From positions 248,001-312,000 of IMG/VR virus record IMGVR_UViG_3300028735_000003: a stretch of DNA of 64,000 nt, one strand, 5' to 3'. Shown here piece after piece: positions 1 to 9,757 of this stretch (its first letter is position 1; every line of letters begins with the position of its first letter). The position numbers and the translations under genes are program-made. Under the pieces are notes generated by a model, which saw only the letters and a list, made by a program, of their open reading frames with translations, searched no databases and had not been told where the DNA came from.

Positions 1-807
1 TCCTTTTCTATTAAAAAATAAACAATAATGTCCATTATATTTTTTATAATTACAAGAAATACCTAAATCATTAAATTTCTTTACAAATCTTATATGGCTA
101 TCTTCGTCGAACGAATAAGTGGAAATTCTACCAGAATAACCTGAAACACCAATATTATTTAAACTACAACTGTCCATAAACCATATTGCAATCCCCCTAG
201 CATCAATTTCATCTAATATCCACTGTGGGCAAGAAGTTTTTGTTTTAGGAAATTCTTGTTCTAAACCTATAATTTCTGTACAAAAATTAACAGCGGACTT
301 TTTTGCATAACCTTTATTTCTAACAATATTAGTTTTACAGTTAAATATATTAGCTTTCCATTGGCAATATTCTTTTTGATTAATGCTATGCGTAACCGAT
401 AATCTAATTTTAGATTTTCCTTCGGTCCTTATATGTCCATTACCTAAAAATGATCCTAATATTAGTTGCTTTTGATCAGAATTAATTGCTTTTACACTTA
501 AACCTTTATCTATAGAACCTTTTATTAAAGATCCTTTAGATAGTTTAGACGCTTCAACCCACCCATTTGATGTTAAAAATTTATGATTTTCTGTACATTT
601 TATCTTTCTTCCATTACAACTTATTTGTACTAATTTTTGCTTGCCTTTCTTAAAAATATTAGAAATTTCTTTATATTCAAATGTTTCTGATAACTCATTA
701 AAACTTAATACTAATGGCATATCATGATTTTTACAAAAATCATGATATAGTCTGCCAATTGATTTAGGTCCATTGTTTGTTACAACTCTTTGTTGATATG
801 GAAAGCA
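1..807 (-). other. Intein 2 in TerL, class 1, partial
   Basis: Starts CFPYQQRVVTNNG immediately after the Walker B DE. Block B KCTENHKF. Degenerate LAGLIDADG blocks LGSFLGNG and AIWFMDSCS. Confidence 0.88.
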
Positions 808-2454
808 CTCATCAAAAAAGATAACGTCAGCAGTATTATGTGTTGGAATACATTTTCTAGTTACCAAAAATAAATTACTTGGACTATCAACTGTAATACA
901 GCGCATTGGAACTGGATCAATAGGCTTTACATCAACTATAAATCTATGTGAACTATTTGTTGTATTTTTATTCTTTATATTTATTAATTTTCTTTTTAAT
1001 CTAAAAACTTGTAAATTAGTTGAGAATCTAATTCTATATTGGTCCTGATATCTTTTGTCATATCTGTAATTTTGCCCTTTATAAATATAAGCTTTAATTC
1101 CTAAACCTAATACAAGCTCATATACTTGATAAGCCAATCTCTTATTTATTTGTACGAATTCTATATTACCATTTTTATCACAATGACCGCTGCTATCTAA
1201 AAGCCCTTGCAATAAGGATAATCTCTGTACAAATGAACTTCTCATATAAATATCAGGTATATATTTGTCGTAAGTTACATTAAATTTCTTATAACTACTG
1301 ACTAATAAACCTAATTTGCGTAATTTTGCAGTAAGCCCTAAAATACGATAAGAATTTGATTTTGAAATACCAAAACTTCTATAATTGTTTATTGAAGATG
1401 GAATAATTCTATGTTTATAATTACTTAATACTTCAGGATCGACGGTATCTATTCGCCCTGAACCATCACCACTTCCTAACCACAATCCTAGCAAATACGG
1501 ATCTACAATTAATTCTTTTTCTGAAAATTGTAATGGTTTACAATTAGGTATAGAATGGTTTGTTTCACCAAAATAATTTAATGTTTGAAATATCTCTTTA
1601 GTATTTTTTATTTGAGGGTTAGGCGCATTTTGCCGTTTACCACATAAAAATTTATTAAGATTAATTCGATCTTTTTGGGTATATGTTTGCCATAAATGGT
1701 CTGCACAGGCATCTATTTCTGTTCCATCATCAAATATAATTCTATATGATTCTGGTTTCAAATCTATAGGATGTAATTTAATCACATGACATATATTACC
1801 ACTTTCATCAAATAATTCATCTCCCTCTTTAAGATTAATTAATTTAACAAAACCATTTGGAGTTGGAATCTCAGTATCTAATGATAACATACGACCCATT
1901 AATCTATCAGCATCAATGCCTGTAGACTCAATCCAAATATGATTACCACCAACGAATTGTTTAAAATGCAAAGAATCATTAGTAGGACTAGTGGGATCTA
2001 GTAGCGCCTGCATATATGATTTTATTTTACCGCCATTTTTTTTATCTGTTTTTTCTTTGTCTTCAAAAACGATAGATGAAGCTATCATTTGATTAAGTTT
2101 TGTTTTTGAATATGCGGCGGCTAATTCTAATAAAGGAAAAGCATGAATTACACGAATCGGAGGTTTATTTCCAACACCAAATAAACCAGACCCCATAAAA
2201 TACATTTCCAAGGCACCAGCCATGGTGGTACCACCAACCTGACGTCCTTTAACCATAATAACAGGCTTGGAGTTTGGCTCTAATGCCTTAATACCTATAT
2301 ACCTATATATATCTGCAAACGGTTTATACCCATTATTACTTAGTTTAAATGGCTTTCCATCCAAAGTAAGGTACTTCTCACAAAAATATACAGGGTCAAT
2401 TATAGATAACTGATCTTTGAGTTTTTTAAATAATTCATTACCTTCTTTATTCAT
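1..2454 (-). CDS. terL: Terminase large subunit, intein-containing (3' end runs off the window)
   Basis: Hand translation from ATG 2454 (MNKEGNELFKK...). Walker A-like VKGRQVGGTT. After removing inteins the extein reads RLMGR|TADVIFFDE (Walker B). Missing from the ORF track because it is truncated by the window edge. Confidence 0.9.
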   Translation of the reverse strand, partial: MNKEGNELFKKLKDQLSIIDPVYFCEKYLTLDGKPFKLSNNGYKPFADIYRYIGIKALEPNSKPVIMVKGRQVGGTTMAGALEMYFMGSGLFGVGNKPPIRVIHAFPLLELAAAYSKTKLNQMIASSIVFEDKEKTDKKNGGKIKSYMQALLDPTSPTNDSLHFKQFVGGNHIWIESTGIDADRLMGRMLSLDTEIPTPNGFVKLINLKEGDELFDESGNICHVIKLHPIDLKPESYRIIFDDGTEIDACADHLWQTYTQKDRINLNKFLCGKRQNAPNPQIKNTKEIFQTLNYFGETNHSIPNCKPLQFSEKELIVDPYLLGLWLGSGDGSGRIDTVDPEVLSNYKHRIIPSSINNYRSFGISKSNSYRILGLTAKLRKLGLLVSSYKKFNVTYDKYIPDIYMRSSFVQRLSLLQGLLDSSGHCDKNGNIEFVQINKRLAYQVYELVLGLGIKAYIYKGQNYRYDKRYQDQYRIRFSTNLQVFRLKRKLINIKNKNTTNSSHRFIVDVKPIDPVPMRCITVDSPSNLFLVTRKCIPTHNTADVIFFDECFPYQQRVVTNNGPKSIGRLYHDFCKNHDMPLVLSFNELSETFEYKEISNIFKKGKQKLVQISCNGRKIKCTENHKFLTSNGWVEASKLSKGSLIKGSIDKGLSVKAINSDQKQLILGSFLGNGHIRTEGKSKIRLSVTHSINQKEYCQWKANIFNCKTNIVRNKGYAKKSAVNFCTEIIGLEQEFPKTKTSCPQWILDEIDARGIAIWFMDSCSLNNIGVSGYSGRISTYSFDEDSHIRFVKKFNDLGISCNYKKYNGHYCLFFNRKG
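835..1890 (-). other. Intein 1 in TerL, class 3 (Met1, WCT triplet), with LAGLIDADG-type domain, 352 aa
   Basis: Starts MLSLDTEIPTPNG. Block B ACADHLW (Trp B12), block F PMRCITV (Cys F4), block G CIPTHN|T (Thr G5). Endonuclease blocks PYLLGLWLGSGDG and LQGLLDSSG. Confidence 0.88.
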
Positions 2455-2551
2455 ACCATGAATATATCACTAAAAATAATCACAAATTACTTTGTTACAA
2501 CTGTAATTGTGTGAAAATATTTTTTGATATTGTCTATATCAAAAAAGATCC

Positions 2552-3589
2552 CTAATACTTCGCGGGCATCAATCCAATGAAAGCATCGTTATTATCAAGA
2601 TCAATATCGTAAGAACTAAAAGCGTCCTCACGAGATCCTAAATTGGAAGATTCAACTACATCCGCATTTTTACTTTTTTCTTCTAGATTCTTTTTGCTTA
2701 CATATTGAATTAAATCATCAGAATCCCAGTATTTAGCATCTGATACGTCATTTTGATGTATTGATCTTACTCTATCTATAATAGCAGGAATAGATAAATT
2801 GCCTCGTGTACTTCTAATGACATTGTCAAATGTTGATTCGGCTTGAGGGCACTTAATAAGAATCATTGGTAATCTCTTACCTAATGGTATCTTTTTGTTT
2901 ATAACAGAATTATTATCAGAAGCTCTTTTTTCTCTCAGCATATATTCAAGTTGTTGCTTAGTTCTTCTAAAATCAGACTCTCTTTCCTCATCCGACAATT
3001 TTGCACCAACAGAATATCCAACAGAATAATTCAACCAATATTGCGGCGGAACAACAGCATTTGATATTATTGGATCATAAAAATACTTCAATGTTTTAAT
3101 TGATTCAACACTGTCTGTTATGTTATTTATTTTATGATCTAGTTCTCCATTTAAACGACCAAGTTCATACCAATCTTTGTTCTGTATTGCTATTTTCATA
3201 TCATTAATTAATTTCTCTTCTTTATCTAAATCGTCGCCTGGTTCTACTACAACTAGTTGATCAAACAATTCTTCTGTTTTATCTTCTGCAGTTTTAGTTT
3301 GTTGAGAGTCGTCAGCATCATTGGAAGTCTTATTAAGATTCTTCAAAAATGCAGACAGACCACTGCGTTCTTTCATGTCTTCAACTGCTGCTGCTACTGA
3401 TGGATATTTAGATTTTCCATTCATTATAGAACTAATTTGGTCATATAATGAATGCTCAGTTCCGCGAGGTTGTACAGCACCCTTTTCAAGCAATTTATTT
3501 TGAAATTGCTTTAGCCAATGATCTTCATCTAATTGACTTTCTGAATTTCTAGATATTACAGTTTGGTGCCTGTTATATTTGTTTGACAT
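2552..3589 (-). CDS. Hypothetical protein, possibly virion-associated
   Basis: Long ORF. Start revised to MSNKYNRHQ (3589), 1 nt from the upstream stop. Confidence 0.7.
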   Translation of the reverse strand: MSNKYNRHQTVISRNSESQLDEDHWLKQFQNKLLEKGAVQPRGTEHSLYDQISSIMNGKSKYPSVAAAVEDMKERSGLSAFLKNLNKTSNDADDSQQTKTAEDKTEELFDQLVVVEPGDDLDKEEKLINDMKIAIQNKDWYELGRLNGELDHKINNITDSVESIKTLKYFYDPIISNAVVPPQYWLNYSVGYSVGAKLSDEERESDFRRTKQQLEYMLREKRASDNNSVINKKIPLGKRLPMILIKCPQAESTFDNVIRSTRGNLSIPAIIDRVRSIHQNDVSDAKYWDSDDLIQYVSKKNLEEKSKNADVVESSNLGSREDAFSSYDIDLDNNDAFIGLMPAKY

Positions 3590-3590
3590 T

Positions 3591-4553
3591 TTAACCTTTA
3601 AAATTAGCTGCCCAATCAAATTGATCATCAACGCTAATATCAAAATCTTCATCAGGCATATAGCCTCTATCTTGACGTAGTGGGTAACCCATATCTGCTA
3701 ACAATTGCATTACTTCGGCTTGTTCTCTATCAGTCAATTTCCATTTCTTAACTTGTTTAGAAAACATTTCTTCGATATCATGCCCGCCAGAGACCATACC
3801 ATTAATACAAATTCTTGCTATTCTTGAGGCAAAAAGTGGAGCCATAATATAGATACCCTTAACTCCAGTTATCTTTTGTGCTTCTTTTATAAAAGAAGAT
3901 ATTTCTACATCAGACCTCTTCCTCTTGGTTTTCTTTGATTGTTTGATTTTATCTAATCTTTCATAAAGTCTATCGATTCCTTCTTCAATCTTAGCACGTA
4001 TTTCTTCTATTTTATTGGCATCCAATTCGCCATCCAGGTCTAGCCTCATAGCTTTGGAAATTTCAGAATCCAATTTTTCCAAATATGAAACAGCTCTCTC
4101 CAATCCTGCGGTATCATATCCTGAGTGTTTTGGAACAGTATCGAAACGTTCTTTAATCCAAGCTAAGAATCCCGTAGCCCCCTTAGATTCCCAATCCCAT
4201 CTTTCACTTTTCTTAGATTTTTTGGTATCATCTGAATCTTTTTCTGCAACTTCTAAATTAGCCTCATCAGATTTATCATCTACTTCTATTACTGGTTCCG
4301 GGCTATTTGGTGCTCCAGGTAATCCTATAAATTCAATTACGAGTTCTTCTCCTTGTTCAGGCTCCATAACCTCTAACTCTCCACGATTAGAGCGCTCAAA
4401 TGATTCAGGTTCATCAACAACTAATTCTGTGGAATCACCTTCCAAAAATTCTGCTATAGGGTCTGCATAATCGTTATGATTACCTTCTCCAGATTGTTCC
4501 AAAACAACTACTGGGGTGCCTGAAATTGATTGTGATGTAGATTTTAGTGACAT
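3591..4553 (-). CDS. Hypothetical acidic protein
   Basis: 320 aa ORF with GAGG-type RBS; no recognised motif. Confidence 0.7.
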   Translation of the reverse strand: MSLKSTSQSISGTPVVVLEQSGEGNHNDYADPIAEFLEGDSTELVVDEPESFERSNRGELEVMEPEQGEELVIEFIGLPGAPNSPEPVIEVDDKSDEANLEVAEKDSDDTKKSKKSERWDWESKGATGFLAWIKERFDTVPKHSGYDTAGLERAVSYLEKLDSEISKAMRLDLDGELDANKIEEIRAKIEEGIDRLYERLDKIKQSKKTKRKRSDVEISSFIKEAQKITGVKGIYIMAPLFASRIARICINGMVSGGHDIEEMFSKQVKKWKLTDREQAEVMQLLADMGYPLRQDRGYMPDEDFDISVDDQFDWAANFKG

Positions 4554-4622
4554 CGAGTACCTCTAGACTTAACTCTATAATACGTTTATATGCATTTATA
4601 TCCTAATATTCCACAAGAGTTA

Positions 4623-5401
4623 TTGAAGGTTATTCTACAAAGCCACAACATTGTCTTATAGGTTTATCAGTACAGCCATTTCTACCGATACTTTTATTGA
4701 TATAACATATCGATGCATTTGACTTTACAATATTAAAATTTGCATTGATATCGACATGATCAGTATGTCCACAATTGACACACTTAAATATTTTATCATT
4801 ACGCTTTTCAATATCACCACATTTACTACAAATTTGGCATGTATTGATCGAATCAATATATTGTACTGAAATACCCTGCAAAAGCGCGTTATAGGCTATA
4901 ATGTTGTCTAATTTGTAATATGACCAAGGGTTTAATGTATATCGAAATAACTTATTGTTTTTCTTATTATTGTGAATATCTTTTAGGCTTTCTAACTTAA
5001 TACCGCAGTTATTTTGTTTAACAAAATCAACTACTTGTTTGCTAATCTTATGATTAATACCTTTAACTTTTCTTATTTCTTTTTCTTTAATTTCTTTTAC
5101 TGATACTATGCTAATAGCATTTCCATCTATTTTAACAAATTGGCTTGGTTCGGACAATTTAATTTTGTCTTGATTAATACGTTTACATTTCTTATTTTTA
5201 ACATACTTACGAAGAATTTGATTACTAATAGCAGGCGGCAATCCAATATCAGAAATATTAGCTGAAGATAATTTATCTTTATTCTTAATCGCATAATTAG
5301 CAACGAATATTGCTTCATTTAATTGGTAGATTAAGTCAGCATTATGTTTAATCTTAACTATAAGATTGCTCATTTGCCCCTTTGATTCTCAATATAGTGT
5401 T
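4623..5401 (-). mobile_element. Degenerate IS200/IS605-family (tnpB-only) element
   Basis: TnpB-like ORF followed by a decayed hairpin and TTCAA (right-end-like, ending at 4623). TTGAT (TAM-like) at 5402-5406 upstream. Boundaries approximate. Confidence 0.55.
4630..5373 (-). pseudogene. tnpB: TnpB, internally deleted (RuvC-I segment missing)
   Basis: IKLESL (RuvC-II-like), CQICSKCG...CVNCG zinc ribbon, HVDINANFNI (RuvC-III). No GxD RuvC-I motif. Confidence 0.8.
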
Positions 5402-5415
5402 ATCAATTCCATTCA

Positions 5416-6171
5416 TTAAATCAACATCTTTTCATATAGAGTATTTCCAGAATCCGTGACACCATAATCCGGATCTTCATCATTTGGCGCATCTAGGTCT
5501 TCTTTTGGTGATATTCCATCAGGTAATCCATATAAATCTGATTCATGTGAATTAAGCGTTTCATTTAATTCATCCAACAATGATTGCATTAAACTAATAT
5601 TATCAGTAATAGCAGCGTCGTCATTGGTATAGTCTCTTCCAAAATCTAATTGATCTGGGCTCTTTCCCTCAAAGTCAGGAATTGTTAAATATTCATCTAA
5701 CTGTCCACCTATAGGTATAGAATCACCATATGATCCGGAATCTCCTAAAATCGGCGTAGAGTTAATTTGATCATCAGAACCAAAATCAATAGCATTTTTT
5801 ACTATTGTTGAAAGTAGAATCATTCTTCTGGCAATTCTATTGCTTTTCTTATCACCTTTAGTAATAGAACCATTATCTTCTATATATGAATCATCAGCCT
5901 TATATTTGCCCTTCAGTTTTTTTATTTTATCGTTTAAGAAATCTTTCACATTTTTAAACTCATGCATTTTATGATATCCTGCGCCAGGACCATGTTTCGC
6001 AGGACCATCTACACCTTGCACTTCATACAAATCGTAGTTTATATAAAATGGTTCCTTGAATCGTGGTTGAATTACGATGGCTCTATCAGATTTATACTTC
6101 TTCTTCTTTGGTGTTGGTTCATTAACGCCGCCACCACCTTGAAAGTATGCATTTTTATTAATGTTAAACAT
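5416..6171 (-). CDS. Hypothetical protein
   Basis: 251 aa ORF; overlaps the stop of the upstream gene. Confidence 0.7.
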   Translation of the reverse strand: MFNINKNAYFQGGGGVNEPTPKKKKYKSDRAIVIQPRFKEPFYINYDLYEVQGVDGPAKHGPGAGYHKMHEFKNVKDFLNDKIKKLKGKYKADDSYIEDNGSITKGDKKSNRIARRMILLSTIVKNAIDFGSDDQINSTPILGDSGSYGDSIPIGGQLDEYLTIPDFEGKSPDQLDFGRDYTNDDAAITDNISLMQSLLDELNETLNSHESDLYGLPDGISPKEDLDAPNDEDPDYGVTDSGNTLYEKMLI

Positions 6172-6934
6172 TGGCGGCAGTTCCTTTGATATGTTTTTTA
6201 TAATATGGATATACTTGTTCTGTTATCGGAATATAATTCCACAAGTTCATTTCTGTTAATAAATAGCTTGTTTTATCTGCATCCCACTTAAATGCATCAT
6301 TTAATTTTTCTGACAAAGACTTAGTAGATGATATTTTTATAGAAGTAGGGTTTCTTTTGACATAATCTATAATTGATTTATCAACATCAAAATTTAGCTT
6401 AGAAGCTAGATATATCGCACGGATTACTCTGTTTCTATTTGAAGTTAGAGTGATTTCTGGAGATAAACACGTCTTGATCTTCTTCTCTTTGATATCATTA
6501 AATCCACGACGTGTAGGATCAATAACATCTTTTAGATCAAAAGATAGCAATAGGGCATTACAAGTAAAATCTCTACTGAACAATTCTCTCTGCATATTCG
6601 TTGGTTTAGTTATTCCCATCTTTTGAAGAAAACCATCTATTCCTTCAACAACAAAATTAGAAGAGAAATCAATTTTAATGTTTCCAATAAAAATAGAACT
6701 ATGCCCATCAGACATGTTCTTTCGTATAATATTATAATCTTTCTTCAATTCTATGGCAAATTCTTGAGACAAATAATCGACTGTTTTATCCCCAGTAGTA
6801 ACATCGATATCAGATATTCTGTCTAATTTATTTAAGTACTTATCTCTTGACGTACCACCGCAAATATAGGGTTTAGATGCCCCTATTTTTTGTTGTACTT
6901 CGGTCATTTTTTGAAGAAGTTCGCGTAATTTCAT
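6164..6934 (-). CDS. Class II nucleotidyltransferase (CCA-adding/poly(A) polymerase head and neck), atypical template motif
   Basis: YICGGTSRD, DIDVTT (DxD), SRDFTCNAL. Motif D reads SNRNRVIRA instead of EDxxRxxR. Confidence 0.85.
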   Translation of the reverse strand: MKLRELLQKMTEVQQKIGASKPYICGGTSRDKYLNKLDRISDIDVTTGDKTVDYLSQEFAIELKKDYNIIRKNMSDGHSSIFIGNIKIDFSSNFVVEGIDGFLQKMGITKPTNMQRELFSRDFTCNALLLSFDLKDVIDPTRRGFNDIKEKKIKTCLSPEITLTSNRNRVIRAIYLASKLNFDVDKSIIDYVKRNPTSIKISSTKSLSEKLNDAFKWDADKTSYLLTEMNLWNYIPITEQVYPYYKKHIKGTAANV

Positions 6935-6948
6935 AAGTACTATTCATA

Positions 6949-8940
6949 TTATACGGCTAATGGTTTTACGGGCATTGGAGTAGGTGGGACTGGTTTATTT
7001 GCCAAATCTTCTTCCACCTCTATTTCTGGAGACTCTTTATTTAATGATTCCATCTCCATGTCTTTTCTAATTTGTTTTCTGGCTTTTTCTTTCTTATCTT
7101 CTTCTATTAATTTCTTTTTGGCTTGTTCTATTTCTAAAGAAGATGTGCTAGGAACATCTTCAATATCAATATCTCTAGTCTTCATTGTTCCTCTAAGTTT
7201 AGAGATAATATCTTCCAAACGAGTTGAAATGTAGTTATTAGCTTCAAGTGCCTTATTGGTAGCTTCTGATAATGCTGGAAAGAATGGAGCTAATCCCAAA
7301 CTATCTAGCATCATGTCTGCTAAAGCTAATTGTCTAGGCATTTCCCTTGTCTTATAGAACTTTGCAATATCTTCAAACTTTGCTACAACATCAGCTATAG
7401 TTAAATTAGAGAAAATTGATTCTATCATATGATCAAAATCTTTTGACGGGTCAGGCGGCGAAACTTTATCTTCTTTTATCTCTAGATTTTCATTTACTGA
7501 TTTAACTGGTTTCTCATCGAAAAGTGGGGGTGTGTTTGTAATTTGATGTGCATTCGGAAGTGAAGTGGTGTTTGGAGGTTGCTGCGCGTATGGCAACGCC
7601 TGTGCTGACACAGTAATCTCATCATCTATCACTAAGTCGTCATCAGCATCAGATACTTCTAAAGTATCGCCTTTACCCCCAGATTCTAACTTATTTAAGA
7701 ATTCATTTATTCCTTTAGATTCTGTATCATGTTCTTTTACATGCACTGGTGATGGTGCTGGAGTTGTGGTACCTGGAGTTGTTGCTGGCAATCCGCCAAC
7801 ATTACCGCTACCTTGCATTGGTGGTGCCGCTGAAGTTGGAGCAGGTATACTAGATGACGAGGGAGGTGGAAGGAAAGGTAGAGGGGAAGGGGAAGGGGAA
7901 GGCGAAGGGGAAGGGGATGGTAGAGGGGAAGGGGAAGGAGAAGGTGGAGTTGGAGGGGAAGGTGGAGTTGGAGGGGAAGGTGGAGTGGTAGGTGGAGAGA
8001 TAGGGGATGGTATAGATGAATGTTGCGGTGGAGATGAAGGGGACTCAGCATCAGATGGTATAGTACCCGAATTATTTGGCGCATCTTGAGCTATAGAATG
8101 TAATATTTCAGCAGCTTTTGCAAATCCCCTGTAGCTAAGTCTATTAGCCTCTCTAACAATCATATCATTGTATAACTTATCAGATGAGCTTATCTTATTA
8201 ACCATCTGAATTTTTTTCTTTAATTCATATATAGTATCTAATAATGATGCAAACTCTTTATCAGCAAATAACTGTCCTTCTTGGGATCTAAGAAGTTTTT
8301 CGGCTGAATCCAATCTCCCTATAATCTTATTACGTTGTTTTTCTATTATTTTTTTCTTTTCAGAAGTTGATAGTTCGTCAGTAACAGAATCTCTAGCAAA
8401 ATCAATACTGTTACCATCAACATTTTGATTCGTTTTTTCTTTTATTGGATCAGGCTTAATCGGAAGCAAATATCCAACATCAGCATCACCATACCAATTA
8501 TGTGCAACTTTGTATTTCAAGTGAGTACCCTCTTCATAAAATCGTAACCAGTTAAGAAAATCATATACTTCAGTTATAAACCAACCCTTAGTTGCAAAAC
8601 GAACTGCGGCATTTCTACTAAGTTGATTTTTCTTCTCCTCATAATATATGGTTTTAACGGCTTGTAGCCATTTCTGCATATCATGAGCGCCAGGTATATT
8701 TTGCATTTGTTCGAAATTAGGATATGCTGTTTTTGTCTTTACTTTTTTAAATAATTCTGGGTTTACGTCTCTAAGATCTTCAATATCTACTCCTAATTTC
8801 TCAAGAATCCTCAATTGTCTCAATAATCTTTCCATTTCTGAGGGATCTGACGTATATAAATGACTATCTGGATATATAATAATTAGATCACTCCATCTTG
8901 GGCAATCTTTTATATTAATTTCCGTTGAAGATTTTGTCAT
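6949..8940 (-). CDS. Hypothetical protein with Pro/Ser-rich low-complexity linker
   Basis: Start revised to 8940 (4 nt after the upstream stop at 8945). PS/PPT repeats centrally, coiled-coil C-terminus. Confidence 0.75.
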   Translation of the reverse strand: MTKSSTEINIKDCPRWSDLIIIYPDSHLYTSDPSEMERLLRQLRILEKLGVDIEDLRDVNPELFKKVKTKTAYPNFEQMQNIPGAHDMQKWLQAVKTIYYEEKKNQLSRNAAVRFATKGWFITEVYDFLNWLRFYEEGTHLKYKVAHNWYGDADVGYLLPIKPDPIKEKTNQNVDGNSIDFARDSVTDELSTSEKKKIIEKQRNKIIGRLDSAEKLLRSQEGQLFADKEFASLLDTIYELKKKIQMVNKISSSDKLYNDMIVREANRLSYRGFAKAAEILHSIAQDAPNNSGTIPSDAESPSSPPQHSSIPSPISPPTTPPSPPTPPSPPTPPSPSPSPLPSPSPSPSPSPSPLPFLPPPSSSSIPAPTSAAPPMQGSGNVGGLPATTPGTTTPAPSPVHVKEHDTESKGINEFLNKLESGGKGDTLEVSDADDDLVIDDEITVSAQALPYAQQPPNTTSLPNAHQITNTPPLFDEKPVKSVNENLEIKEDKVSPPDPSKDFDHMIESIFSNLTIADVVAKFEDIAKFYKTREMPRQLALADMMLDSLGLAPFFPALSEATNKALEANNYISTRLEDIISKLRGTMKTRDIDIEDVPSTSSLEIEQAKKKLIEEDKKEKARKQIRKDMEMESLNKESPEIEVEEDLANKPVPPTPMPVKPLAV
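7861..7998. repeat. Purine-rich GGGGAA hexamer runs plus 18-bp tandem repeat (GAAGGTGGAGTTGGAGGG x2.6 at 7940-7986)
   Basis: Read directly; encodes (PS)n and (PPSPPT)n on the minus strand. Confidence 0.9.
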
Positions 8941-8944
8941 GAAA

Positions 8945-9700
8945 TTACTCGTTAATTTTCTTGTTAATTGTTTCACTTAAAAGTTTAGCTTCAGCCAATC
9001 TCACTTCTGTATTAGGTGCATCTTTCTCACTTGGAAGCTTTAACTTTGAAAATTCTTCATTAAACACTTCCATAAAATACAAAGATGTTTCTAAGTCCAT
9101 TTGAGATAGAACTTTTCTTATTACATCATGAAATACAGAAATATGCTGATCTACAACCTGTAATGTGACTTTGTGTTCTACTGTTTGATTTACCGGGACT
9201 TCTGTAAACTTGTAATACTTCTCCAATATATTTCCAAGAACTTCGGCATAATCAATTAACAATCTATCTACTCTTGTATTGATGTTTCTAGGATCTTCTT
9301 GTATTTCATCGAAAACCTGAGCCAATCTGCTCTCGATAGCAACACATAAGTTAGTAACAATTTGCCTTATATCCAGTTCCTTGCCAGCCAACTCGAGCAT
9401 TTTATTCTTGTAAGTTGGATTATTTTGAATAGATAAAGATAGTTGCTCCTCAGTATTTGTAGCTAACGCTGATTTAGATTTAGCCAAATCAGCATTAATC
9501 ATATTATAAATGTCTAAATAATTAGATTGAAAAGACTTAATAGATTTTTCCGCAATTACAAACTTCATTTCGCTTACATTGGTATATTTAGCTTTCAACC
9601 AATCATGTATATCTTTAGCAGAGATACCAATAATTAGTTTAGAGATAATCTCGTCCTTATCTGGATGCTCCAAAATCTTCTTGAGTGCATTTTTGTTCAT
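8945..9700 (-). CDS. Hypothetical helical protein
   Basis: Start revised to MNKNALKK (GGAAGAG upstream). Helical N-terminus and coiled-coil middle. Confidence 0.7.
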   Translation of the reverse strand: MNKNALKKILEHPDKDEIISKLIIGISAKDIHDWLKAKYTNVSEMKFVIAEKSIKSFQSNYLDIYNMINADLAKSKSALATNTEEQLSLSIQNNPTYKNKMLELAGKELDIRQIVTNLCVAIESRLAQVFDEIQEDPRNINTRVDRLLIDYAEVLGNILEKYYKFTEVPVNQTVEHKVTLQVVDQHISVFHDVIRKVLSQMDLETSLYFMEVFNEEFSKLKLPSEKDAPNTEVRLAEAKLLSETINKKINE

Positions 9701-9757
9701 TACACGCTGCTCTTCCAATCATATTATTACCAAAATACCTTCTATATTGTGTTGAAA

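Noticed and set aside
7861-7998. Functional G-quadruplex or replication origin
   Set aside because: Fully explained by Pro codons (CCN) on the coding strand; no other support.
7565-8089. Gly/Glu-rich plus-strand ORF and the 7737-8084 His/Leu ORF
   Set aside because: Shadow frames of the Pro/Ser repeat; no RBS or independent support.
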